A stretch of DNA of 64,000 nt from Octopus sinensis (lineage: Eukaryota): contig NC_043008.1 in NCBI RefSeq assembly GCF_006345805.1, forward strand, positions 46,810,001-46,874,000, given 5' to 3'. The position numbers were made by a program, and so were the translations under genes. Of the stretch, positions 1-12,320 are shown in pieces (within the stretch, counting starts at the first letter, position 1; every line of letters starts with the position of its first letter). Under the pieces are notes generated by a model. The model was not told the DNA's origin, did not search any database, and was given only the letters and a program-made list of their open reading frames with translations.

Positions 1-344
1 GCTACACTGTGGAGAGTGATATAATCTTATAATTAGAGGTTTCCAGGTGAAGACGGCCTAAACTAAGAACTCGTAAGTAAATTGTTGGGTTAAAGCTTGC
101 GGACGTTATCATTAATTTTAACCCCGTTAGGCACGCTGAAAATAATCTATCACACATTACAATTAGATTGAACTGAAGATCTCAATAACTTCGCGTCAGA
201 GAACGTGTGTGTGTGGGTAAGTGTGATACTGGGGTTTATAACATTACTGCGAGAAAAATGTGAGAACAAAAATAAAATGTATATTGAATGTTCATGCGTT
301 ATCACTTTAATTATATTTTGTTAATAAATATAATAGAGAACCAG

Positions 345-410
345 GTGTTGATGGGAAAGTATTTATTTGGATGTTTGGCAAACACTCCTCAACGGTCGGA
401 CGGGTTCGAG
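345..410 (+). other. Candidate internal exon of an unknown transcript
   Basis: Boundaries ccag|GTGTTG...TTCGAG|gtgagt. Two frames are open, including GVDGKVFIWMFGKHSSTVGRVR. Confidence 0.35.
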
Positions 411-3400
411 GTGAGTGGGGAGAATCGAAACCATTTTTTTCTGCACTCTTTCAATATGCGCTCATTGCTAACTTCCCCATCTATTTTGATCAGCTACGGT
501 CGCTTATGGCTCAGATCCCACCAAGCTATAAAGGGTCCCAACACATGCATCCATCCTCCTTCACTCACTCTTCCTTAGCTTTTACCTCTTCCTGTTCTAA
601 TTTCTGCTATAGCTTTCCACCTGCGTTCCTGCAAGCATATATTCAGTTTATTTATACCAATGAAGCCATGTACTAATTTTATATCGATTTAGATTCTAGC
701 TGTTAGCATTTACATTTTATTTAAAACGTTCTGTACATTTTTATGCATCTGTCTCCCTTTCTTTCTCCTCGTCTAATGCATTAGCATAGCAAACAGAGGT
801 TAACGCTATACACCCAGTAAAGCAAAATGCGATTAATATATGGCATTCGGTGAGATCACCAACATTCTCCGAGATATAGTGACAACATTAAACATTGAAA
901 AAAAGGGGTGAAAAGGTGAGACTGCTATAGACTAATATACAAGGAGAAGTAAAAAGCAGTCGCAAAGTTGCATCAGAAATGATATTACACAAAGATCCAA
1001 TCATGTGACAAAGTAATGTTTTCTAAAATGAAGAACACTTAGAGACGAATGGAATGAGACTTGGTTCAGTTCTTCCGCCTTCACGACAGGATGTCTTTTT
1101 CATTCACTAATTTCAATATTCATTTTTTCGGGCACATTGTTAAGATGTGTGCGCGCGCATATGTGTATAAAGCAGGGAACAGAAAATAACGCCCATTCAC
1201 TGAGCTGTCGACTGATGTCATTACGAAACGTCCTGAGTTCTCTTAGTTGACTTCTTCATAGAGTTGGGTATCTTGGTGTCGATAAAGACCGCATGCCCCA
1301 CCCTGCCCAACTGCAGAATGTACCAATGCTGCAGGACCTCCTCGCTAGAGATATATTCTCCTTATACATGTTCCTTAAAAATGGTAGCTAGCACAACTGG
1401 AGGCATATTATCCTTTGGCTGTGCTGAATGATACATTAGGAAGGATTCAGCAGGACACAACAGACTGGCGCCTCTTACTGCTACATTTCCTTGATGAATC
1501 TCTGTTCCGTCACACCTACAACCGATAAGTGATTTTCCCCAATACGACCTCAGCAAAGATCTTACCGCGACCTCACTCAGTGTCTGATCTGGTGCCATAA
1601 GAAATCGCAATGCCCACACACACGGACTTCATTATAATAGCCAATTTGCCCTATTTACGCACGCGGTGGTTTGTGTCGCAATACTTCAGGTTTACATTGA
1701 TTGAAGGCTACGGTTTCGCATTTATTGATTTTGTCTGAAAGGTCTCGCCATTCATTAAAACTTCACAGATTTTCTGGATATCGTAAATAAATTAACCAAA
1801 AATATTGACTTATTCTTTAAGAGTTTTTACAATACAGCACTTCATAGAGGAGCTCAGTCTGGAGAGTTTCAACGAAGCAATATAAACTCCACCTGAGTGC
1901 TTGCAAAACATCCATGCTTTCACACTCAACACCAACAAATAACACACATTGCGTAATTGCATTGAAGCGAGCACAGAGTCTTGCTGTGTTCTTCGGGCGA
2001 CCGAAAAGTAGGGCGATTAGTCGGCCCCAAGAGAGATGGTGGCAGTTCTGCCATCTCGGATTCTTTGATTGTGACCACAAATGTACGTCAAAACGAAGTC
2101 ACTCGGGCATGCAAATTCCACACTCGCAAAATCTTTCTACAAATGGATGGCTAAGAAGAAACAATTGAATTTATACGTTTCGTCTCCAAGACAGACGAAA
2201 TGTCTCGCGTTTAGATAGAGGAGATTTTGACAAGTTGCAAAACGTTTTGCTACAATTTTCGGTTCGATTGAGAGAAGGAAGTTTTCTCGGTAAGTTCATT
2301 CTTTTCAGATCACGATTCCGTTTGTAAATCGAAAGAGTGGGCCCACGTTTTTGAACTATTGCCTGAAGATACTTTCTCTTCTGAAGACTATAATTTCGTA
2401 GACCTCCATAGCGAAAGCGTCAGCATCAGCTACCTCCCCGAGATCGGGATATTGTAACCAATTATGTAAATAGAGAATATATCAGAAGAAATTAACTTGG
2501 ACAGCATATCGTGTTGTGCATTCACACACTCACGCACACACATACACACGTGCGTGTATGTACATACATATGCTTGCATATTTGTATGCATGCATATATG
2601 TGTGTGTTTGTGTATATATGTATATATATATATATATACACGTTTGTGTATGTTTGTGTGCAAGCCTATGTATGTATATATGTATGCGTATGTATTCACA
2701 GAAACAGGATTTTATTAAATTATTTTAATGATGTTTGATTTATTGCTACTGATATATAACGCTTTCGGTATCTGATAACATATAAGGTTTCACATAAATT
2801 TTTATTCAATATTTCAAGTGTCTACCTATCATTTGGAGAAAATGAATTGTCATTATATTATTAATTATTGACAAGATAACTTTTATCAAAATACACTACT
2901 TTTGATTCTTTTATAAATTATTCCATACTCCAGGCTCAATAAATGTTTCCATCATACTTCCAGAGACAAACACAAGTTTATGACATTATTTAGAAAGAAT
3001 AAATTATTTACTGTCAAAATCTTGAAGTTTAATTTGATAAATGTAGAATCCTCTGGAAAAGAGAACAATGGATGGTTTCAATCATTTCTATCTATGAACA
3101 GAATATTTATCGGATTTTAAAAATTAATCATTTATACAGTTTGTCGCTAAGATATTCCACACCTTAATCATATAAATGTTTCCAGAATGGATTTCATTAG
3201 CGTTAATTCCCGAAACTAAATGAATTTAATTATTGCATTCTAAAAAATAATTCTGTATCCCATCAGATGAATTATTTAATGAATTCCGAGTTTCAAGAAA
3301 TAGATCTTATTACTGGAATTCAATAATTATAAACAAAAATCATAGTTGATATGCGAAAGACAGTCTCACGCATATAAGTTCCTAACTAAAATGATTGATA

Positions 3401-4229
3401 TAGGTTTATAATGAATAAGGAATGTTATAGGCGTTCAGAGAATAGATCCATGCAACAAGATTTTGTCACTGTTGCTCTGTGTAATCAAATGTAATTCACG
3501 TTTGGGGCGAATAAAATAATAACGAACAAGTAGCAATATTGATCTATTTTTGATGGCGTTTGTTAGCAATCACTTGAAAAGAAATCAATGGTTGTGTATT
3601 TCCGCACGTCTCGAAATTAAAAAACTAATTAACAGCGACAATCCTCAGAACAGGATGAGTGAATTCCGAAGTGAAGTTTGGCAATAGGCGTCGCTGAAAA
3701 CTTTCGTAAACATGCAGAATGTTTAGATTACAAATTTTATAAGGCTTATTAGTTACTTTCCCCATAACTATTGTGGGAAACAAAATTAATTTACTTTAAC
3801 GTTCAGCAGATTATGGTTCCTTTGCAAATTATGAATTTCAAATAAGAAATTATGGATTTAATTTTCTAAAATGCGACATTAATGTTTAGATGATTTTGTA
3901 ACAGAAAATCAAGTGACTTCCGATAATCGTTACCTCGTGCAAAACACGTAATGTACTTTAGATTATATGTGTATAAAATTGCCTTTTAGTGCACACATCT
4001 ATATAGGCGTGTGAGTGTGTGTGTGTAGAAATATAATCTTCAAGTCTTTGCATGGTGTCGTAGGTCCAACATCAAGTTTTTCGTTATATTTTGACGAGCG
4101 AACATCTCCAAGTCAGTCACTAGGTTTCATCCACATATGTATGTACATATATATATATATACATATATATAAGCATATTTATCCATACATATGTTTATAT
4201 ATATATACACACAGATACATATATATCTA

Positions 4230-4260
<31 letters not shown>

Positions 4261-4390
4261 TAGAGACAAACCGCTATTTAGTTATTCAATCAATAGTGAA
4301 AAGATATTATCTATACTAACCACATAGAAATTAATTAAATATCGTATAATTATTATTCTAAAAATCTCATAACAAATCAATCATCAAACT

Positions 4391-4505
4391 GACTAAGCGC
4401 ATTTCGTGACTAAATATATAAATCGATAATATTAAAATTTAATTTTTCAAAAATCTAAAATTCAATATTAAGTCATATTAAAAATATTTAGCCACTCTTC
4501 AGGTC
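4391..4505 (-). ncRNA. PLE-type minimal (type I) hammerhead ribozyme motif with long stem II
   Basis: Minus strand reads GAC-CTGAAGA-gtggctaaatat-[66 nt]-atatttagtcac-GAAA-tgcgct-TA-GTC. Stem II is 12 bp with one G-U, and stem I is GAC/GTC. Confidence 0.8.
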
Positions 4506-5044
4506 GAAAAAATAACATAGATACATTTAGATATTATAATGAAGCAAATATATAAATATATGTATATTAACTGTAAATAATTCAATGCGATTTAACAATA
4601 TTAATGTAAAGAAAAAACATGACTTATCTTATTAATGAAAACCAGTTAAAAGACATTTTAAACTTTAAGCTTACAATCTAGCATTGTAAAAAACTATCTC
4701 GTAAAACACGACGTAAGCAATAAAGCTACAAGAAATAAATAAATAAACAGAAATATGTATTTAACGAGAAAAATAAAAATAAGGAAAAAACCTGACGTAA
4801 TATACCATTTACGGGGAAAAACTCTAAATTCACAATAATTTAAATCAACGACATTATATGCAAGAATGTAAAATTAATTAAATGTCCATACATTTATATA
4901 TATTCTTCAATTACTTTATTAATCCCTTCGTTTAAACTTATTCAGGTTATGTTCATACAATACAGAACCTACAACTAATGTATACCTATTATAATACTAT
5001 ATACTATATTTGCATAAATTAATAAATTAATAACACAAATCAGG

Positions 5045-5092
<48 letters not shown>

Positions 5093-5099
5093 TCCCAAA

Positions 5100-5738
5100 T
5101 TATCTAAACTTATTATATATGTAATTCGACTTATGTCTACATTTAATTTTCCTCGCATCTTGGTAATTAATTTTTTTAGATCGTAATATATCCAGAAATT
5201 CATTTGTACATAGTAAGCAAAACTTTTTACCTATTTTATAAGATTTAACTTTACAAACCATCTCCCCATTTCAAATTATATTATTTATTTGCTAAGGTCA
5301 GTATAATTAATCAATGTTTTATTCTTAAATTAGTGCATGTGTTGGGCCACCCTTAACTTAATTGTATTAGACGTCGATCCCACGTAGATCGCATTTATAT
5401 TATAACTATTCCTATTAATATTATCATAGATCAGAGTCACTACGTATTTAGATACAACATCAGCTAAGTTAGCATTTATTTTTCACTTTACATTTCGTCT
5501 TATCTCTACACCTACAATTAATTAAATTCTAGTCATTAGTATTATCGGAATTATTATATAATTTTTTTATATAAAATTTATTCGGCTTAAAACTATTAAA
5601 AGATGAAATAATGTTACCAACATTAGTAGTAGTAGAATATCCAACTCTAACATTATTACTAGAAAAAATATATCTTTCATTATCTACAATGAATAATTCA
5701 ATTAGTTTTAATCTCTCTTTAATAATGTTTGTTTTATC
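5100..5738 (-). pseudogene. Disabled PLE linker plus GIY-YIG endonuclease coding remnant
   Basis: Motifs as above, with in-frame stops and frameshifts. YVG lies near 5377-5385 and the terminal TAA at 5100-5102. Confidence 0.8.
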
Positions 5739-5764
5739 TTGTGTATATTATATATATATATATG

Positions 5765-5852
<88 letters not shown>

Positions 5853-7693
5853 TGCATGTGTGTGTTTATACATAGACATGCATGGGTGTGGGTGCACGCA
5901 CTCGTTTACTCTTTTGTCCATGCCAGAATATAAATATATCCTACCTGATGCTACTGCAAGTGTTGGAAGTGCAAAATGAGATACGTATGAAGTGAGAGAG
6001 AGAGAGAGAGAGAGTGGTGTAGAGGTGAGCAGAGACCCTATACGCATTGGGTAAATTCCTGAAATATCAACTTAGTAAAAAAAACTTGTATGGATATTCG
6101 CAAAACGAGGATGGTGCATTTATATTTTTAGACAGTCATAGAATGACGGAAGAAGATATGGTTTCATAATGGTGATACTTTAGAAACTGAAAGAAACTCA
6201 AGCCCACACGCATACGAGAGATGAAAAAATTGTGGCAAAGATTTTAAGTATATATAGATCGAAAGAGAGACCAAAAAGGATAAGTATTATAAATGTGGTA
6301 AGTATAAAGAGAGAGAGAGAGGGGGAGAGGAAGTGAGGGATGGAAAAAGAGAGCAAGAGAGGGAGAAATATGTGGGGTTATAAAATATGAAACATTATTC
6401 TTTCAAAATACTTAATGGATATAGTTAATTGTAAGAAGCTCAGATACAGGAAAATACAGGAAAGGATAAAATATACAGGAAGATTTAAATAAATAAAAAT
6501 GCAACCACACATAAGCATATACATACATATCTATATATATATTTTTGGTGTGTGTGTATGTGTGTGTGTGCGAGAGAGAGAGAAGTAATAAGATAGCCAA
6601 GAGTGAAGTGTTTATTAGAAACACCTTCAGTGCTAACACAATGCTTTTAAAGAGTAACAATGAGTTTCACTTTAATGAGATTTTGAACAGAATAGGTACT
6701 TCAATATATCTGTCAACAGCGTATGTCTAGTTCCCATTAGAAGTGTTAAATCACTAGATGAAGAATAGTACTTTGAATTAGATCTAAAGTTATTAATACA
6801 AGTACATTAAATATAGAATTAAAATTCGGGAACATATACTTGCTCTAATAAAAAAAAAAATGTTTAATATATGTTCCTTCAATATATCTTGTTTTATATT
6901 ATATTCAATTTCTAATTCATGTGAATCATGGTAATGGATATTTTATATCGCTTTTGGCATCGGTTTTCTGCGTTATAGAACTTAGTAATACGTCTGAGAA
7001 TATCAGAAATTATTCCGTTATTCTTTGCGCGGCAAATGCGATATTTCACTATTCTAACTGCATCTATAAAAAATGGGAGTTCAGTAAATGTTCCATACCG
7101 AAACCATTGTTATTTACGTGGCTAGCAACACTCATTCGATGTTTTCTCTTCATATTTCCGCAATTTTAACCACTTACTATGTCATAGAATACTTAAAATG
7201 TGACTAAAAGAAAGTCTGAGGGGGATATTGTTGAATACACGAAACGCAGGATTTTAATAGGTTGAATTTTCGCCAATTTAACATCACGGAGAAATATAAG
7301 AATCCTTGCTAAAGTTATTTGAAATATACGGTTTACAGAATTTTCCCCCGTTATATACAGAAAATATTTAACATAATAGCATAACATATACATGTAGAAT
7401 AATACGAAGACATACAGACATATATAAATATACACACATCAATTGCAAATATCAGTTACTTAGAGGCATCACGGTTCACCTCTCTGCTGATTCCAACATA
7501 CTGATTAGTCAAATCACCGAAATTTTAAGTCAAAGCATTATCCCCCCCACCACACAATAATTATTTACTGCTCAGTTTAAAGCACTCCACCGTACACATC
7601 ATCCTTCGTCTTATCCTATACAAAGATATTTTCCACTGAATAATTTCCACACTGATAATTAATAGCTTCGTCTATTTTGTGTTTCATCACACA

Positions 7694-7755
<62 letters not shown>

Positions 7756-7756
<1 letters not shown>

Positions 7757-8641
7757 GATATCTGATCAATAAGTATCCGGACTGTTGCCATAGTGATGCA
7801 GCTAAAATACAGAGTGAAGCTGCTTCGCAAAGATTGCCCTTGAACTCCGTTTTGTATGAAAGTTGTCGCCATTCATTAAAAACTGCAAAAGTTTTAACGT
7901 TCCAGCTTACTTCCGGTATTTACAGCAGTGCATGGAAGGAAGGTGTGTAGTGTGTGATCATCATATTGACCATGGCTGAGATACTGATCATGGCGATACC
8001 TGCTTAGAGGCCGGTGCAAAGTTGCAGAAAGTGTATGGAGAGGAGTGTACAGCCGCACACAAGTGTACGAATGGTTCAGACGTTTCAAAGATGCCCGGGA
8101 AAATGTCGATATTCACGAACGTTCTGGGTTACTCATAACCAGCAGAACTGAGAAGAACATCGCAGATGTGCGTGCAGCAGTGAGGAATATTCGTCGAATC
8201 ACCATCCATGAGTTATCAGAATATGTGCAGATTACTGTTCAGTTCAGTTCATTATCGCTGAAGATTTGTGCATGAGACGCGTTCCAAAACTGCGTTCAGC
8301 CGCCCGAAAAGACCCACGGGTTTCAATTGCACAGGCTCTCCTTGGTTGTATCGAGAACAATGACAAATTTTCGAAAACTTTGCGTAGGCCTCTGAGCAGG
8401 TATCGCCAAGCTTTTGGCAAAATTTGATGCGGATTCTCTGCTCAACTTTCTCCGTCATCATCAATGCGACAATCACATGCCACGCACGTTCCATTTAAGC
8501 ACTACTGGAAACAGCATAAGTAAGCCAGAACGTTAAAACGTATTGCGCAGCAAAGTTCATGGAGAATTGGTGCCAAGCAGCTTTACTATTCGTGCTTTAG
8601 CTTCGTTACTATAGCAACCGTACCGATACTTACTGATCAGA

Positions 8642-8645
<4 letters not shown>
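7756..8645. mobile_element. Non-autonomous mariner derivative made of two inverted 5' ends
   Basis: TIR-like ends ctgatcaataagtatc / gatacttactgatcag lie between (TA)n tracts. The + arm encodes SRTQVYEWFRRFKDAREN...VPKL...RVSIAQALL...FSKTL. The - arm encodes MMTEKVEQRIRIKFCQKLGDTCSEAYAK. Both are N-terminal transposase sequence and there is no catalytic domain. Confidence 0.85.
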
Positions 8646-8681
<36 letters not shown>

Positions 8682-8855
8682 CAAGAGATGTTTTAGTATC
8701 CAGAAAACCAAAAATTCAGGTATGGCTATGTAAGGGCTACGGAAGAATCGTTGTTAAGCAATAATAACATGATTGAGGAGTCTAAGGCAGATCCTATGTG
8801 AGTGTGTATATGTTAAATATACACAGGAGTTACGGAATGCAGTATGGGAAATCCG

Positions 8856-8938
8856 GACTACATATGTTTCATAGCGAGTGGCACCTCAGCAGTGGTAATA
8901 TCCAAGTGAGATGTATAAGGACGGCAGCTCTTCAGGCC
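8856..8938 (-). ncRNA. Degenerate PLE-type hammerhead motif
   Basis: Minus strand reads GGC-CTGAAGA-g...t-GAAA-catatg-TA-GTC. Stem III is palindromic (ACATATGT), but stem II pairs poorly. Confidence 0.5.
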
Positions 8939-11734
8939 AAGAATACCTTGATTAAATGAAAGGTTACATTGTCGTAAGGAGGTACATGCTGATGCAGTGA
9001 TTCAATCAGAATGTGCGGAGAACACAGTATGTGAGGGGTATAGGAATGAGGGAAGAAATACGTAATAGAAGTTGGAGAGAAAGACGAGAAAGAAAAGAAA
9101 ATGAATAAATAATATAAAATGAAATACCGGGGAATGAGAGAAGGGAGGAATTGGACGGGTCGGCGGTAGATAATATAGTAGTTTTAGCTTAACCACAGAA
9201 TCCAATAGTGGGGTTGTCATTTGAAGAGAAGAGCAATGGGAGGGGAGAGTTTGGTGATGTGTTTTTCGTCGTGGGGGCATAACGCAAGATTGGGTGGGGG
9301 TGTTTAAGCACGGCTAGGTGTTTTATGGTCAAAAGGTGTAAATTCTTACAAGAAAAAAACGAATAAAGTGGCGAAGTGTATGTAGGCTTATGGATTTGTA
9401 AGTTTACGTGTGGGGGTAGGAGGGCAGGATGGAGTAGAAATAAAGGAAAGAAGAATATCTTAGGTATTAAGTGAAAATACGGATAGAAGATTGTAACTGA
9501 GAGTTAAGGGATTAAAATGGGAGAACACCTATTGTTGGTTTAATACGCAGTAGTAGTGAGGTTGGATGAGTGGGAACAATAATGAGAGTTATAAAAGAAG
9601 AACCTTTTGACATATTAAATTTATACAACCTAAACTTTGAACACAATCATGACTTTTCACTGTATGACACTAACGCACAAATTTAATTCGGAAAAAAAAA
9701 TGATACCTGCATACATAGATACAAACCCTAACTAATCATTGAAACAACTTTTGTCCACTCTACCACTTCACAGATTAGACTCAGAGAGCTTTGTTTTGGA
9801 CTGTCACAAAACATGTTCTCTCAACTGTGTCGGTCTTAATTATCGGCGCAAAAATAGTCACATATTAACGTACGGACGTCGAGGGGAGCCTACACATTTT
9901 ATAAGGATAATCACATCTCCACATCCTCCACATCTATCTGGTAAAATTCAGATACTTTCACACAAACGTGCGATCTTTAACTTATAGAACCAGACATATA
10001 GACAAATGACATTAAAAAACCGATGTAGATGGGATATTACAATACTTTTTGAACCTAATCACTTGATACTCGTCGGCCAATCGAAGCGCATCCAAACTGA
10101 GATACTAATTAGAGCTATGGTGTCTCTATAAAAACAAGAGAAGTTTAAAACTCCAGTCAGAAGCAAGACAGTTGTAGTATATATAAATACATGTCATTCT
10201 GTTTCAAATTTTGAAAATCAAAGAAATCTGGAAACCAAGAAATCTTTAATCATGTAAACTTTAAAATTCTACACAATCCTAGTGATTGTTTAGCTTCTTT
10301 TTACTATATAGCTACCTGTGTTGAATGAAATGGCTTCGTTTGCCCCACTCTCACTTCCTCTCTATTTTGTATATATATATATAGGTATATATACAGAGAG
10401 AATGAACAAACAAAATGTGTGGCGTCAGATTAGAGCGTGTAATTTATAAATGGAACATAACAGCAAAGTATATTTATCAGGATAAATAAGCGATCAAGAA
10501 CTACTTTTTATCAATTAGCTGTGCATACGTCACTGAGCAAAGGTTTGCATATAAACCAACAATTCCGTCTTCAGAGCACGATTACTTAACGTCATTAGAC
10601 AGACATTTTTGTATGCATGTGTATGCGTTTCTATGCGTGTATACATACATATGTATACGTGTGGGTGCGCGCGTGTGTGTATGTGAAGAGAGAGAGAGAG
10701 AGGGCGAGAGAGAGTGAAAGTGAGATATGCATCAGAAACGTTATTGAAAGGCGTAACACCCACGCATAAACTAACAAAACGACGATTCTACATTGATAAA
10801 GTAGCGCATCACGGTTTCCACGATCAGAGAGAGAGAGAGAGAGAAAGAGAGAGGGAGATACATATACATGTACTCATATATGGATATATACGTGTGGGTA
10901 TGTGTGTGCGTGTGTGTGCGTGTATATTTATATATGAAAATCTAGACACACGCACATATGTGTGTGTGTCTTTAAACAAAATATTCCGAATATATTTTAA
11001 TGCACGTTATTAATTCTGTGCCAATTTTCCAGGTAAGTTAAAATACTGAAAAAAGACGCATCAGCGGAGCAGCTGCCGCCTCTCCCTCGGTGCATCTTAC
11101 TTTTAACCCTCCTATACAAAGGCCAAACAACTCCGGTGATGCTTTTGTATTTCTTGCCAATAAATTCCTATCGTCCATTTATACATTCGCATCAGAAGCA
11201 TTTCATTAAACTAGGGAAGATATCCTGCTATTTCAATTTTTCTACTTAATCACCAATTATTTTCTTATCTTTATAAGATACTAAGATTTCCAAGATACAT
11301 CTAAAAACATAAAAATTTTAAAGAGTTAAATTATTTCTTCATGTTGTTTATATCAGCACATTGTATTTGTAATGGACTCAACAATTCATGAAACGTGTTA
11401 TTCGCTTCATTGCCCACAGGGTGTGTATCTTTGATGTGAAACGTATTGCTTTTGTAGTCTACGGGAATTGGCACAGAAATTTTCTTTCAAGAATGGAAAT
11501 ACGCTTGTTCTATTGGACGGAAATTTAGTATGGAAACAAGAGCTCTCACATATCAATGAGTGACACGCAAACCCAGGTTGTGCACAGAAGTATCTCTTGA
11601 TAATTGGGAACGAAAGGCAGCGTGTAATTGCCGGTGTGTTTTAGTCATATTTGTTTGTGTGCTACCAGTGTATCTATGTTCACATTTCTCTATCACTGCC
11701 TCTCTCTTTCCCTCTACATATATATGTATGAATG

Positions 11735-11772
<38 letters not shown>

Positions 11773-12184
11773 ATATAATATATATAATATATATATATAT
11801 ATGTAAGTATGTATGTACGTATGTATATATAATAGTATATATTATATCATATATTAGGATTCAGCTCTATCAGGCACTTAAATGATAAGGCATCGGGTCG
11901 GGTCAAAGTAAAATATAAACAAAGCAATATACAGAAATATAAATGTTGCTACCGAAAATTCATGCAGAAAGATATGCAGGTTGTGTATACAATTAATCTA
12001 ACGCTACTCATTATATACCCAGCCAACGGGATGCTCCAGAAACGCACAGTGTGTAAAATATGCTGTCCCTGATATACTTCGGAACACGTGATATATAGGG
12101 AGAGTTTACGAAAAAAACAAAAGACAGGTTGTGTACAAAACAAACAGATGTATTAGTATAACGCTCAGGAATAGAAAAAGTATT

Positions 12185-12217
12185 TTCCATTTCGAACCTA
12201 CGCTCTTCTACAGAAAG
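12185..12217 (-). ncRNA. Degenerate PLE-type hammerhead motif (core mutated)
   Basis: Minus strand reads cttt-CTGTAGA-A-gagc-gtag-gttc-GAAA-tgg-aaaa. Stem II is 4 bp and stem I is ttt/aaa. The core has A6 changed to U. Confidence 0.55.
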
Positions 12218-12277
12218 GGACACAGAAAAAACAAGGAGAGTAATGAATGTGTGGTGGCTAACGATCTATCATGGCGA

Positions 12278-12320
<43 letters not shown>

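Larger units (their letters stand above)
4262..5745 (-). mobile_element. Penelope-like retroelement (EN+ PLE) 3' remnant: RT-EN linker, GIY-YIG endonuclease and hammerhead-bearing 3' region
   Basis: Manual minus-strand translation: KTNIIKERLKLI...YIFSSNNVRVGYSTTTNVGNIISSFN...CRCRDKTKCKVKNKC...IYVGSTSNTIKLRVAQH...SYKIGKKFCLLCTNEFLDIL...KCRHKSN. These match the PLE linker, YIG motif and CxxC...CRH end. Both ends are flanked by (TA)n. Confidence 0.85.

Noticed and set aside
7212-7255. Hammerhead-like ctgaggggg...gaaacgc
   Set aside because: The core is mutated and stem II has two mismatches, so it is too degenerate to call.
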